A stretch of DNA of 64,000 bases from Dictyostelium discoideum. Taxonomy: Eukaryota. The translations under genes and the position numbers were made by a program. Shown piece by piece: positions 11,478 to 21,254 of the stretch. The stretch's first letter is position 1, and every line of letters starts with the position of its first letter. Location: positions 4,960,001 to 5,024,000 of the forward strand of contig CM000151.3 of NCBI GenBank assembly GCA_000004695.1. Reading direction: 5' to 3'. The notes under the pieces were generated by a model, which was not told the origin of the DNA, made no database searches, and saw only the letters and a list, made by a program, of their open reading frames with translations.

Positions 11478-12680
11478 ACCTTACTAGGTTTGGCAGCACC
11501 AGTATTGACTGGTTGTGTAGTCAGGGCATTGCTGCTTCTTCTTGTATTTATTGGATTTGGAGTTGGTGCACTTGGTTTGTTTGGTTGAGATTGTAGAGGT
11601 TTTTGTGGTACAATTGTTGGATCGGTTGGATTGCTCATTGATAATGAGTTTTTCCCGTTATTATTATTTGAAGAATCACTTTTGTGTGAAATTTCATTAT
11701 TGTTTTGGGATTGATTGTTAATATCAAGTGATTCATTTAGTATAGCTTTTGAACCACTATTTTGAAGTGAGTTTTTATTGCGATTGGAATTTGCAATTTC
11801 GTTGATTGGTGGGGTGTTAATGTTGTTTTTTGGTGGTTGATTGTTTTTGTTCATGTTTGGGTTTGTGATGGCATTTTTTATAGTTGTTGCCATATCTGCA
11901 TTTTTTGCATGTTGAATTTTGTGTTTAGTGACACTACGTGTTGCAGCTTTGATATATCTTGTGATACCAGATGGTTGTTCGATCTTTTGATCAACAATGT
12001 TGTGTGTGATCAATTAGATGATATGTTATAATGTAGCTTTTAAACGCAACAGCATATGAGTATGTGACAGTAAATGATTCAATTGATGTACAACTGGTGA
12101 ATTTAGTGAGGTTGTTTGTAATTGCATCGTTTGCATGTTTGGGTGAGTACGTTTTAATGAATGTTTTAATGATTGCATAATCATTTGATGATATATCGAA
12201 TCTATAGTTGAGTTTGTCGATATTTAGTGCAAGTTGGTTTTGAAGGTTGATTATTGAAGTTAATTTATCAACGTTGCAATTTACGAAGGCAGTTGCACCA
12301 ATTATTTTGAATGCTGATGGCGACAGTATATCTTCGAAGAGTTTGTGAATGTTTTTGTGAATTTGTTGAATTCTTGTGTCATCTTTTGAGGTTAATTCTT
12401 CACGGATGTGTGGTTGATTAAAGTAACACTTAATGTTGATGGTGTTATTGTTTTTTTCTAAGAAAGAGAGTGGTCTTGTGATTGATGGAGGTGCAATGAT
12501 ATCTAATTGATTATCAAGTCCTTTGTTTAGTGAGAGTTGGTTTGTTGGGGTTTGTTTTTTAGGTGTGTCGATTTTTACACTTTTGTTTTTTGTTGTTGAG
12601 GTTGTGGAGGTATTATTTGTATTTGTTGTGTTGTTATCTGTATGATTTAACTGTAATTCAGTTGAGTGATCATCAGCCAT
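11474..12680 (-). CDS. Retrotransposon ORF1, bipartite. ORF1a is 12680..11991 (229 aa). ORF1b is 12013..11474 (179 aa), in the +1 frame with a 23-nt overlap. The same split is present in two further partial copies in this window.
   Basis: Both parts are N/T/S-rich and basic. The identical ORF1a stop and ORF1b start context recur at 22054-22076 and 22676-22698. That argues for a family feature rather than a private frameshift. Confidence 0.6.
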
Positions 12681-12841
12681 TGTTGAAAAGTATATAGGAC
12701 GATAGCCCTTGCTTTAATGAGCAAAAATAGGGTAAAATTAAGAGGAATGAATGTGGCGGTGAAGATATAACAGTGATTTATTTATTATATGTATAAATTC
12801 TCGTTTATTTCTTTGTTTTTTCGGTTTTTTGTTTTTTCAAT

Positions 12842-12855
12842 CGAAGTTCGAATTT
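12842..12855. repeat. Target-site duplication (5'-side copy) of the TRE3-like element. It contains a TTCGAA B-box-like core (ex-B box) 23-36 bp downstream of tRNA-Met.
   Basis: It is identical to 7700-7713 and lies directly outside the element's 5' UTR. Confidence 0.7.
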
Positions 12856-12877
12856 AGTGAAATTTCTAAAAAAGAAA

Positions 12878-12950
12878 TGTCAAGTCAGAGGATCGAACTC
12901 TGGACCTTAGGATTATGAGACCTACGCTCTACCAACTGAGCCAACCTGAC
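12878..12950 (-). tRNA. tRNA-Met (anticodon CAU), elongator type
   Basis: On the minus strand it reads GTCAGGT-T-G-GCTCAGTTGGTAGAGC-G-TAGGT-CTCATAA-TCCTA-AGGTC-CAGAG-TTCGATC-CTCTG-ACTTGAC-A. The cloverleaf has a 7-bp acceptor stem with one G·U pair. The anticodon stem has the U31·U39 mismatch typical of eukaryotic elongator Met. Confidence 0.9.
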
Positions 12951-12964
12951 ATGTTGATATTTTT

Positions 12965-13235
12965 TGTAATAAAGTTACTCTATAAAATTAATAGATATTA
13001 AATATGCATATTACATTACTAATTATAGTTGACACACATTTAAATAATATAATAATAATAATAATAATAATAATACTGTCAACTCATTATGAATAATATA
13101 AATACTAAAGAATAATTTTATAAACAATATTGAATATTATAAATATAAATTAATATTAAATAAAGATAACAAAGTATTATTCAATTATATAATTATTAAT
13201 TATATATATTTATAAAGCTAACAAGCTTTATTACA
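12965..13235 (+). repeat. 5' LTR of the gypsy-type element
   Basis: TGTAATAAAGTTACTC...CTTTATTACA. It matches 17736-18003. Confidence 0.9.
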
Positions 13236-13348
13236 TTTGGCGACATCGTCTTTCAAAAAAAAAAAAAAAAAAAAATATACTATAAATATAAAGTTATCAA
13301 ATTATTCAATCAATTAAAATTTTACATTAGATTAAATTTAATTTAATA

Positions 13349-13437
<89 letters not shown>

Positions 13438-13571
13438 TTATTATGAAAACCGTATTTTTTTCGGGTAATGGAAAGGGTTAATCATTCTTTAATTTCAACC
13501 ACTAACTCTTATTAATTCATGGCGAGGAAATATCGAAAGCTGATATTATTAGAAAACTAAGAAACAATGCA

Positions 13572-16500
13572 TTGGAATATGCCGCAACATTGGATACAGA
13601 CTTAACAGCAATGGAGATAATTGAAGATCTTAAAGATGCTTTTGATATTGGTGATAGTGATGATTTATCAGATTTAACAAAGTTAGGAGAATATAAATAC
13701 AATACATTAGATATATTAATTGGTAAATTTCTTTCAAAATGTTCAGCAGTTGATATTTCAGAAAAGTTTAAAATACAATTGTTTTATTCAGCTGTTGGTA
13801 TTGAATTGGGTATTGAAATTACAAAATGTGCACCAAAATCATTAAAAAGAGCAATAGACATTGCAAAGTCTTGTGAAGATGGTTCAATTCGTATGAGAGG
13901 TAGATCAATGTATACTGGTCAATTGGTTGCAAAAACATTACAAGAATTTGGAACTCAAAAGTATCTTGGTTCTGGATCTGGTTATACAACATCACCACAG
14001 TACGTTACATCTCAAACTGAACAATCTACTGAAACTGAAGTATTAGCAACTCCAATTTATAAAAATCAAACATATTCACCACCACCATCACCTTATAAAG
14101 CACCACAAAATCAAGTAAATTCAATCACAAAATTTTGTAAATATTGCAAAAAGAAAGGTCATGTAATTCAAGAGTGTTGGTCTAAAGATAAAAAGAATAA
14201 TTATAATGAGAATAAACAATCATATAATAATCATAGCACTAATGCAATTACAATGGTTAATGATAAAACGATTAATTCTATTGGAACTGATAGTATGAAT
14301 GCAGCATTATTAATAAATGATAAGAATGTTAGAGGTTTAGTTGATACTGGTTCTTCTCTTACCATCATTTGGGAAAGTATTGCTAAAAAATTAAATTTAA
14401 AAGTTGAAGGTAAATCATTTTCAGTTAATTCAGCATCAAATAATGAAATTAAGATAGTTGGTAGTTGTGATACCATAATTAAATTAGGTAAAGCATCCGC
14501 AAAAGTTAATGTTAATATTGTTAAAGATAATGATACTTCAATCGATTGCATTTTTGGTGTAGATACACTTATTGGATTGAAATTAATAATTGATTGCAAG
14601 GAAATGATCATTAAGAATCTTGAATTTAATGTTGGTACAAGATTAATCACCAGAGAAACCAAACCAATTGTTTGCAAAATTGATCTAAATATATTAGAAA
14701 AAGTATCAAAACCAATGGCTGAGTTATTAATCAAAAATGAAGAGATTTTTGAAACCAAATTGTCAAAACCAGGATCATTAATAGATGTTGAACATTCAAT
14801 TAAATTAACTGATGAAAATGTTTCTGTTTATACTCCACCATACAAAACTAGTCCAGCTGATAAAGAATTCATTGAAGAATACATTAAAGATGCATTAGAT
14901 AAAGGTATAATCGAGAAATCAGATTCATCACAATACGGTTCTCCAATAGTCTTATCCAGAAAGAATGATAAAATTAGATTTTGTGTTAATTATAAAAAAC
15001 TAAATGACCTCACAATTAAAGATAGATATCCACTTCCATTAATTTCTGATTGTTGGTATTATCTCAAAGATGCAAAAGTTTTCTCAAAAATTGATCTTAC
15101 TTCTGGTTATTATCAAATCAAAATGAAAGAAGAGGACAAGGATAAAACAACCTTTGTCTCTCATATGGGTCAATTTAGATATGTTGTAATGCCATTTGGA
15201 TTATGTAATGCACCAGCAACTTTTCAAAGATACATGAATGAATTATTAAAGGATGAATTAAGAAAAAGTAATATTGGGTTTATTGACGATTGTATAATTT
15301 ATAGCAAGAATAATGAATATCATATTGAACATGTCAAACTATTATTCGAAAAATTCAAAGAAAAAGGTGCAAAGTTACAAATAACTAAATGTGAGTTTGA
15401 AAAAGAAGAGATCAAGTTTTTGGGATATATCGTTTCAAAGAATGGTATTACTTATGATAGTTCAAAGTTTAATGAATTATTAAAAACACCACCTCCATCA
15501 AATCAAAAAGAATTAATGAAATTACTCGGTACTGTCAATTACTTTAGAACATTCATTAAAAATTTCACTCATTTAACTTCATCATTTTATCCACTATTAA
15601 AGAAGGGTGTTAATTTCAAATGGACTGATGAATTGGAAAATGATCGTGTAAAATTATTTACTACATTAGCACAAACTAATCTTTTAAGTTTTCCACAAGA
15701 TACAGATGATAATGTTATTGAAACTGATGCTTCAATTATTGGTATTGGTGGTGTAATGATTCAAAATGGTAAACCAGTTTCTTATTATTCAAGAACATTA
15801 AACAACGCTGAAAAGAATTATTCTGTTACTGAAAGAGAATGTTTGGCAATCATTGAATCAATTAAATATTTTAAATCCTATATCAATGGTAGAAAAGTAA
15901 AAATCATCACTGATCATCAACCTTTGAAATATCTCTTAACTGGTAAATTTACTGATCGTATTACAAGATGGACTGTATTACTTCAAGAGTATAATTACGA
16001 AATTATATATAGACCTGGTAAAGAAAACTTTTTAGCTGATGCATTATCAAGATGTCCAGATAGAGATCAACAGCCAATTGATTGTGATATTCCAGAAAAG
16101 ATATTTACAATTACTCACTATCCAGTAGCTTCACCATCAACTACAATTTTACCAAGAGTCTTACCATCAAGATCAAATCAAACATCTAATGTTTCACCAG
16201 CTACAACAATTCAACCACCAAATTCATCAAGTTCAAATCAATCATCAAATATCCCACCAACAACAAACCAATCATCAAATATTACAAATCAACCAATAAA
16301 TACTTCATCAATGAATTTAAATCAATCATTATCAAATCAAGCAACAACCGCTAGATTATTGAATAGTGTACCTATCTCAATCAACAATGATAATATTAAT
16401 ACAACAACTCCACAATTTACACAAGAGTCAATAAGAAAAGAGTTGGAAAAAGAAAATTATTATAGAGCAATGTATAAATATCTTGAAGAAACAAGACTTC

Positions 16501-17723
16501 CAGACAATGCACAAGCAGCAAGAAGAATTTTGTTCGAGTCTGAATTTTATTCAATGATTAATGGATTTCTTTGTCACGGTTTAAAACATACTTTATCAAG
16601 TAAGAAATCTCATTTTAAACATCTTCAAATTGTAGTTCCAAAAACTATGACTAAATGGATAATGGAAATATTTCATGATTCGCCACTTACTGGAGGACAT
16701 TTTGGATTATTAAAAACTGTCGCAAAAATCAAAGAAAGATTCTATTGGATTGGTATGATTAAGGATATAAAAGAATTTATCGATAAATGTACAACTTGTT
16801 TACAAATTAAAAGAAAGTATGGTCCAAAAGAAGGTTTACTCATTCCAATTGAGATTGAACCTGAACCATTTAATACAATTGGTATTGATTTTATTGGTCC
16901 AATTACAAAAGATAATGCTCAAGTTTATTTGTTGGTTGTTATGGATTATTTTACTAAATGGCCAGAAGTTTTCTTTACCCTTGATATGGAAGGGGAGACT
17001 GTAGCTCAATTATTGTTGTATGAAATCTATACTAGATATGGGGTTCCAAAGAAGTTGGTTTCTGATCGTGGTAAGAATTTTTTAAGTAATGTAGTCTCTG
17101 GTGTTAATAAATTATTCGGTGTTCACAAATTAACAACTACTGCTTATCACCCACAATGTGATGGTCAAACTGAAAATTTCAATAATACATTAATTAAGAT
17201 GCTCAAAGCTTTTATTGGTAATGAATTGTATGGCAATTGGGGTGAATTATTAAGATGTGTTTTATACTCATACAGAATTACACCACATGTTTCAACTGGT
17301 TTTTCACCCTTTTTCTTACTTTTTAATCGTCAACCAACTTTACCATTAGATACAACTTTAAATGTAAATTTTTATTCAAATTCACTAAGATTAGATTTCG
17401 CTGATAATTATGCACAATCCGTAAATAATAATCTTAAACGTGCCTTTTGGTTTACAAAGAATAATCTCGATAAAGCTCAAGAATTACAAAAAACAAATTA
17501 TGATAAAGGTCGTCGTCCAACAAATATTCAAACAGGTGATTTTGTTTATTTACATACACCATATTCACAAACTTCTATTGGTCCAAAGAAATTCTATAAA
17601 CCTTGGAGAGGTCCTTTTAAAGTTCAAGAAAAAGTTAGCGATGTTACATTCAAATTAGATATGGGTAATCTTAGAGATCATAAAGTAGTCAATATTGAAA
17701 GATTGAAAAAAATTTTCAACTAA
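13572..17723 (+). CDS. Gag-Pol polyprotein (1383 aa, intact): CCHC zinc knuckle, aspartic protease, reverse transcriptase, RNase H, integrase
   Basis: The zinc knuckle is CKYCKKKGHVIQEC. The protease motif is LVDTGSS. The RT motifs are YVVMPFGLCNAPATFQRYM and FIDDCIIYS (YxDD). The integrase HHCC finger is H..H...CTTCLQIK. A DDE core and a C-terminal GPF/Y-type module (WRGPFKV) follow. The order PR-RT-RH-IN indicates Ty3/gypsy. Confidence 0.9.
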   Translation: MEYAATLDTDLTAMEIIEDLKDAFDIGDSDDLSDLTKLGEYKYNTLDILIGKFLSKCSAVDISEKFKIQLFYSAVGIELGIEITKCAPKSLKRAIDIAKSCEDGSIRMRGRSMYTGQLVAKTLQEFGTQKYLGSGSGYTTSPQYVTSQTEQSTETEVLATPIYKNQTYSPPPSPYKAPQNQVNSITKFCKYCKKKGHVIQECWSKDKKNNYNENKQSYNNHSTNAITMVNDKTINSIGTDSMNAALLINDKNVRGLVDTGSSLTIIWESIAKKLNLKVEGKSFSVNSASNNEIKIVGSCDTIIKLGKASAKVNVNIVKDNDTSIDCIFGVDTLIGLKLIIDCKEMIIKNLEFNVGTRLITRETKPIVCKIDLNILEKVSKPMAELLIKNEEIFETKLSKPGSLIDVEHSIKLTDENVSVYTPPYKTSPADKEFIEEYIKDALDKGIIEKSDSSQYGSPIVLSRKNDKIRFCVNYKKLNDLTIKDRYPLPLISDCWYYLKDAKVFSKIDLTSGYYQIKMKEEDKDKTTFVSHMGQFRYVVMPFGLCNAPATFQRYMNELLKDELRKSNIGFIDDCIIYSKNNEYHIEHVKLLFEKFKEKGAKLQITKCEFEKEEIKFLGYIVSKNGITYDSSKFNELLKTPPPSNQKELMKLLGTVNYFRTFIKNFTHLTSSFYPLLKKGVNFKWTDELENDRVKLFTTLAQTNLLSFPQDTDDNVIETDASIIGIGGVMIQNGKPVSYYSRTLNNAEKNYSVTERECLAIIESIKYFKSYINGRKVKIITDHQPLKYLLTGKFTDRITRWTVLLQEYNYEIIYRPGKENFLADALSRCPDRDQQPIDCDIPEKIFTITHYPVASPSTTILPRVLPSRSNQTSNVSPATTIQPPNSSSSNQSSNIPPTTNQSSNITNQPINTSSMNLNQSLSNQATTARLLNSVPISINNDNINTTTPQFTQESIRKELEKENYYRAMYKYLEETRLPDNAQAARRILFESEFYSMINGFLCHGLKHTLSSKKSHFKHLQIVVPKTMTKWIMEIFHDSPLTGGHFGLLKTVAKIKERFYWIGMIKDIKEFIDKCTTCLQIKRKYGPKEGLLIPIEIEPEPFNTIGIDFIGPITKDNAQVYLLVVMDYFTKWPEVFFTLDMEGETVAQLLLYEIYTRYGVPKKLVSDRGKNFLSNVVSGVNKLFGVHKLTTTAYHPQCDGQTENFNNTLIKMLKAFIGNELYGNWGELLRCVLYSYRITPHVSTGFSPFFLLFNRQPTLPLDTTLNVNFYSNSLRLDFADNYAQSVNNNLKRAFWFTKNNLDKAQELQKTNYDKGRRPTNIQTGDFVYLHTPYSQTSIGPKKFYKPWRGPFKVQEKVSDVTFKLDMGNLRDHKVVNIERLKKIFN

Positions 17724-17735
17724 AAGGGGGGGATA

Positions 17736-18003
17736 TGTAATAAAGTTACTCTATAAAATTAATAGATATTAAATATGCATATTACATTACTAATTATAGT
17801 TGACACACATTTAAATAATATAATAATAATAATAATAATAATACTGTCAACTCATTATGAATAATATAAATACTAAAGAATAATTTTATAAACAATATTG
17901 AATATTATAAATATAAATTAATATTAAATAAAGATAACAAAGTATTATTCAATTATATAATTATTAATTATATATATTTATAAAGCTAACAAGCTTTATT
18001 ACA
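17736..18003 (+). repeat. 3' LTR of the gypsy-type element
   Basis: Same sequence as the 5' LTR with a 3-bp microsatellite difference. Confidence 0.9.
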
Positions 18004-18457
18004 TTTTGAAATATTTTTGAAATATTTTTGCACCATTACGTTTTATTTCCATTCCAAAAAAAAAAAACGTTTTATTTTTCATTGGGAAGAAACTAATAAT
18101 TGTGTTATCCAATTCAAAAAAGTATTTTTCATTTAAATTATTTTTTTTATATAATTCTACAGTATTTCATGAATGTTCATTTTTATTCTTTATTATTTTT
18201 TTTTTTTTAATTTTTAATTTTTTTTTTTTTTTTTTTTGAAAATTAAAATCAAAACCAAGATATTTTTTTTTTTTTCTTCCCTTATTTTTTTTTTTTTATT
18301 TTTATAACTATTCTTTAATAGAATTCTTTTTTTAAAAAAAAAGAACACCATGGAAGCTTTTTTGTTTTTTTTTTAAAAATGGATATAAATTATTATTTTT
18401 TTTTTTTAAAAAAATAAAACAAGATAATATCCAAAAATAAATAAAACAGAAAAAAAA

Positions 18458-18973
18458 ATGCCTCCAAAGATTAAAATAATTACAGGTCCAATCGGTTCTG
18501 GAAAAACAACAATTTTAAATAGAATCAAAGAGTCATATGAAAGAAAAGAAATCTTTATTGGTCAAAAGGTTGGATTTTTTGGTGAACCTACTGATTCCAC
18601 TGTAGCTAATGCTCTCCTAAAGGATATGTACTCAAAGTTTCCATTTGCTAATGATCAGTTTGAAACTTTACAAAAATACCTAATGGCTGTGGAAGCTAAT
18701 GATTTATGTAATGCTTTGTCATCGTCAGAGTATGATATTGTTTACTTTGATACATCGGTTTTGTATGGAGTTGTATTTTTACAAACTGCTAATGATTTGA
18801 AAATCATAAACAATCAAACCTATTCAAATTGTCTAACGTTTTACTATCAAATGATTTCAAATATTAATTTCGAAAATGCTGAAGTAACCAATTTAAAAGT
18901 CATACCACACATAGGTGTATGGAGCAAATTAACCAAAGAGGTAGAGCCTTTGAAGTCGGTAGTTTATCTATAG
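18458..18973 (+). CDS. P-loop NTPase resembling the deoxynucleoside-kinase family. The ORF appears interrupted: the LID-like motif ..RGRAFEVG..YVSKL continues in another frame at ~18945-19050. It is a possible pseudogene or sequence error.
   Basis: The Walker A motif is GPIGSGKTT. An EP..D motif is present. A second frame encodes QRGRAFEVGSLSIDYVSKLTDKIRSHCVSQVYQDLKNQ*, resembling the dNK LID region R..RGR.eE..I..eYL..L. Confidence 0.35.
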   Translation: MPPKIKIITGPIGSGKTTILNRIKESYERKEIFIGQKVGFFGEPTDSTVANALLKDMYSKFPFANDQFETLQKYLMAVEANDLCNALSSSEYDIVYFDTSVLYGVVFLQTANDLKIINNQTYSNCLTFYYQMISNINFENAEVTNLKVIPHIGVWSKLTKEVEPLKSVVYL

Positions 18974-19326
18974 ACTATGTTTCCAAATTAACCGATAAAA
19001 TTCGATCTCATTGTGTTAGCCAAGTTTATCAAGACTTGAAAAACCAATAAAATGCTGTATCCATAGAGAATACAAAAGCAATGATGACCTGTTCAATGAC
19101 ATTTTCTTTAATGAAAATCCAAACTCAATTCCCACACCATCAAATACTCTAACTCAATCTCTTCAAAGTTCACACTCAAATCTTAGTTTTTATTACCCAT
19201 CGAATCAAGAGCAATATTTTAATATTCAAGATTATTTGAATTAATAAAACTAAATTCTAAATAATACTATAAAAAAAAAAAAAAAAAATAAAAATATATT
19301 TAAATTAAATAAAAAAAGAAAAAAAA

Positions 19327-19512
19327 ATGTCTACATTTGCCGATCTTCGTTCTGTTTCAGGTGGCTTACTAGGTGGTATGGGTAGTATTGGTGTTGCCGC
19401 TCTTGGTGCCTACTTTATTTATACAAGTGAAATTGGAAGCGTTGATTTCAATATGGGTGTTGGTTTTGCTGCCTTTGGTTGTCTCTTAGTCTCAGATCAT
19501 TATTCAAAATAA
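19327..19512 (+). CDS. Small (61-aa) Gly/Ala-rich hydrophobic protein, putative single-pass or two-pass membrane protein
   Basis: Local G+C is markedly higher than in the flanks, and codon usage is coding-like (GGT/GCC/GTT). Confidence 0.35.
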   Translation: MSTFADLRSVSGGLLGGMGSIGVAALGAYFIYTSEIGSVDFNMGVGFAAFGCLLVSDHYSK

Positions 19513-19671
19513 AAATGATTAAAGAAAAATGATTAAAAGAAAAAAAAATAAAATAAAAATTTTTAAGATAACTAGATTTCAATGATTTTTTTTTCAATTA
19601 TTATTTATCAAAATTATTTATTTATTTAAAATAAAAACAAAAATAGTTGATGGTTTTATTTGTTTTTTTCT

Positions 19672-19923
19672 TCATTTTCTTTTGGCACATAATCTAACAA
19701 CTTTTCCATCTATATACTGAAGATTTGTTAATAATTCAGTTCTTTCTTTAAAACGATTTTTTTTTACGATTTTTTCTTTACAGTCAGCTGTACATACACA
19801 AGGTTCAAACTTGGGGAATTCATCTGGATCTGTTAATAGCCACATGTATTTACTCTTTTTTTCCTCAGCTTCTTCAATGGATAAATTTGAATGTGGGCAC
19901 TTATTAGTAGTTCTTTCTTCCAT
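19672..19923 (-). CDS. Small (83-aa) Cys-containing basic protein, possible zinc-ribbon-like; function unknown
   Basis: The ORF has coding-like composition in an AT-rich context. Its cysteines are spaced C10, C41-x-C43, C47, C79. Confidence 0.3.
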   Translation of the reverse strand: MEERTTNKCPHSNLSIEEAEEKKSKYMWLLTDPDEFPKFEPCVCTADCKEKIVKKNRFKERTELLTNLQYIDGKVVRLCAKRK

Positions 19924-20169
19924 TATTTAAGTTGTAACTATAAATATGTTTGTGCGATAATGTTTTATTTTTAATGTTAGTAAAATAAGTATTAAAAAAA
20001 AATTAAATTATTATTTAAAAAAAATAGAAAAAAACTGTGGGTGTGGTGTTTTAATGATTCCAAAAAAAAAAAAAATCAATAATAAAATAAAAAATTTTAT
20101 AAATAAAATCTTTAATCTTTTTTAAATTAACTCTTATATAATTATTTTGTAAATGGTTATTTCAAAATT

Positions 20170-20430
20170 AGACCTAATGATCATGAGACCCTACGCTCTA
20201 CCAATTGTGCCAACCCGACATGTTGATATTTTTTGACAAAAAATGCTCAATCTGGTGTTATCCAATTCAAAAAAAAAAAGTTTCTTAATGATTTACCTTA
20301 GGATTATGAGACCTGCACTATACCAACTTAACCAAACTGATATGTTGATATTTTTCCTTAGAAAAATGACTAACCAGATATTTTTTAATGTTGAAAAACT
20401 CAACCATCTGGAATTCAAAAAAAATTATAA
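20170..20430 (-). repeat. About 2.5 tandem copies of a ~115-bp unit. The unit holds a degenerate tRNA-Met 5'-half pseudogene with its native 5' flank (CATGTTGATATTTTT) and the motif GTGTTATCCAATTCAAAAAA that lies beyond the LTR element at 18101.
   Basis: On the minus strand, 20176-20240 reads GTCGGGTTGGCACAATTGGTAGAGCGTAGGGTCTCATGATCATTAGGTC, versus the real GTCAGGTTGGCTCAGTTGGTAGAGCGTAGGTCTCATAATCCTAAGGTC. The second copy at 20289-20345 is more decayed. Confidence 0.6.
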
Positions 20431-21254
20431 CCTTTACATCAACACCCCAAAAATTGAGGCTAATTCAATACCAACTACATAAGGTTAAGTTTAAAACAAA
20501 ATAATAAAAATTAATAATAATAATATTAACAATAATAATAAGAAATAAAAAAAATTTATTAAAAAACAATATCAAAACTCTGAGGCTTTGGGTTATATTA
20601 TGGAATTTCTTTTGGCAAAAAGAAAAAAAAAAAAAAAAATAAAATTCTAAGAAAAACTTACATAATTTAGAATAAGTAATTAAGAGATAATAGATAACAC
20701 TATATGTATGTTTTAGTGTAAAATTTCTTTTATAACCTTTAATTAAAATTTTTATTTTTCTCACCATTTTTCGTTTTTTCAAAAAAACTTAAAATGCATA
20801 ATTTGGATAGTCTTTATTTGAAAGTAAAAAACCAGGAATGATAAGAAAAATAAAAATTTAAAATAAAGATTATAAAAAATAATTAACACACCAAAACATA
20901 CCATATGTTATTTATTATCTCTTAATTATTTACTTAATCTAATAGATATTCTAACAAAACATTTAAAAATAATTAGTTATGAAATACAAATATATGAATT
21001 AAATATATGTTTAGAAATAAAACAAATAATTAAAACAAATAAAAGATTTATTATTGTTATGGAAATTGTAAAATAAAAACTGATGTTAGTCTCATTACAA
21101 TTATGGGCGATGGTTTTTGCTAATAAAATTTAATAAGGCTTTAAAACTTTTTTTTTTTTTTTACATCTCTTTAAAAATTCCAATTTTCTTGCAACTTTCT
21201 TCCAAATTTTAAGAAAGGTGATCATTTCCAGTATTTAAAATAAATTTCCATCAA

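Larger units (their letters stand above)
7714..12841 (-). mobile_element. Non-LTR (LINE-like) retrotransposon of the tRNA-gene-targeted TRE type, full length ~5.1 kb. Its 5' end lies ~36 bp downstream of tRNA-Met in the same orientation, so it is TRE3-like by position. It is flanked by the 14-bp TSD CGAAGTTCGAATTT.
   Basis: The bipartite ORF1 and the ORF2 (APE endonuclease + RT + CCHC) are on the minus strand. The poly(A) tail appears as poly(T) 7711-7740 on the plus strand. An identical 14-mer occurs at 7700-7713 and 12842-12855. Confidence 0.8.
12965..18003 (+). mobile_element. Complete Ty3/gypsy-type LTR retrotransposon, 5039 bp, single Gag-PR-RT-RH-IN ORF. It is inserted 14 bp upstream of the tRNA-Met 5' end, so it is DGLT-A-like by position and architecture. 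LTRs are 271 and 268 bp, TG...CA.
   Basis: The direct repeats at 12965-13235 and 17736-18003 are identical except for (AAT)9 versus (AAT)8. A PBS-like TGGCGACATCGTC follows the 5' LTR at 13239. A polypurine tract AAAAGGGGGGGA precedes the 3' LTR at 17724-17735. Confidence 0.9.

Noticed and set aside
18004-18027. TTTTGAAATAT x2 as the TSD of the LTR element
   Set aside because: It is only present on the 3' side. The best-supported TSD is the short T-run shared by both flanks, so I treat the 11-mer as a local duplication.
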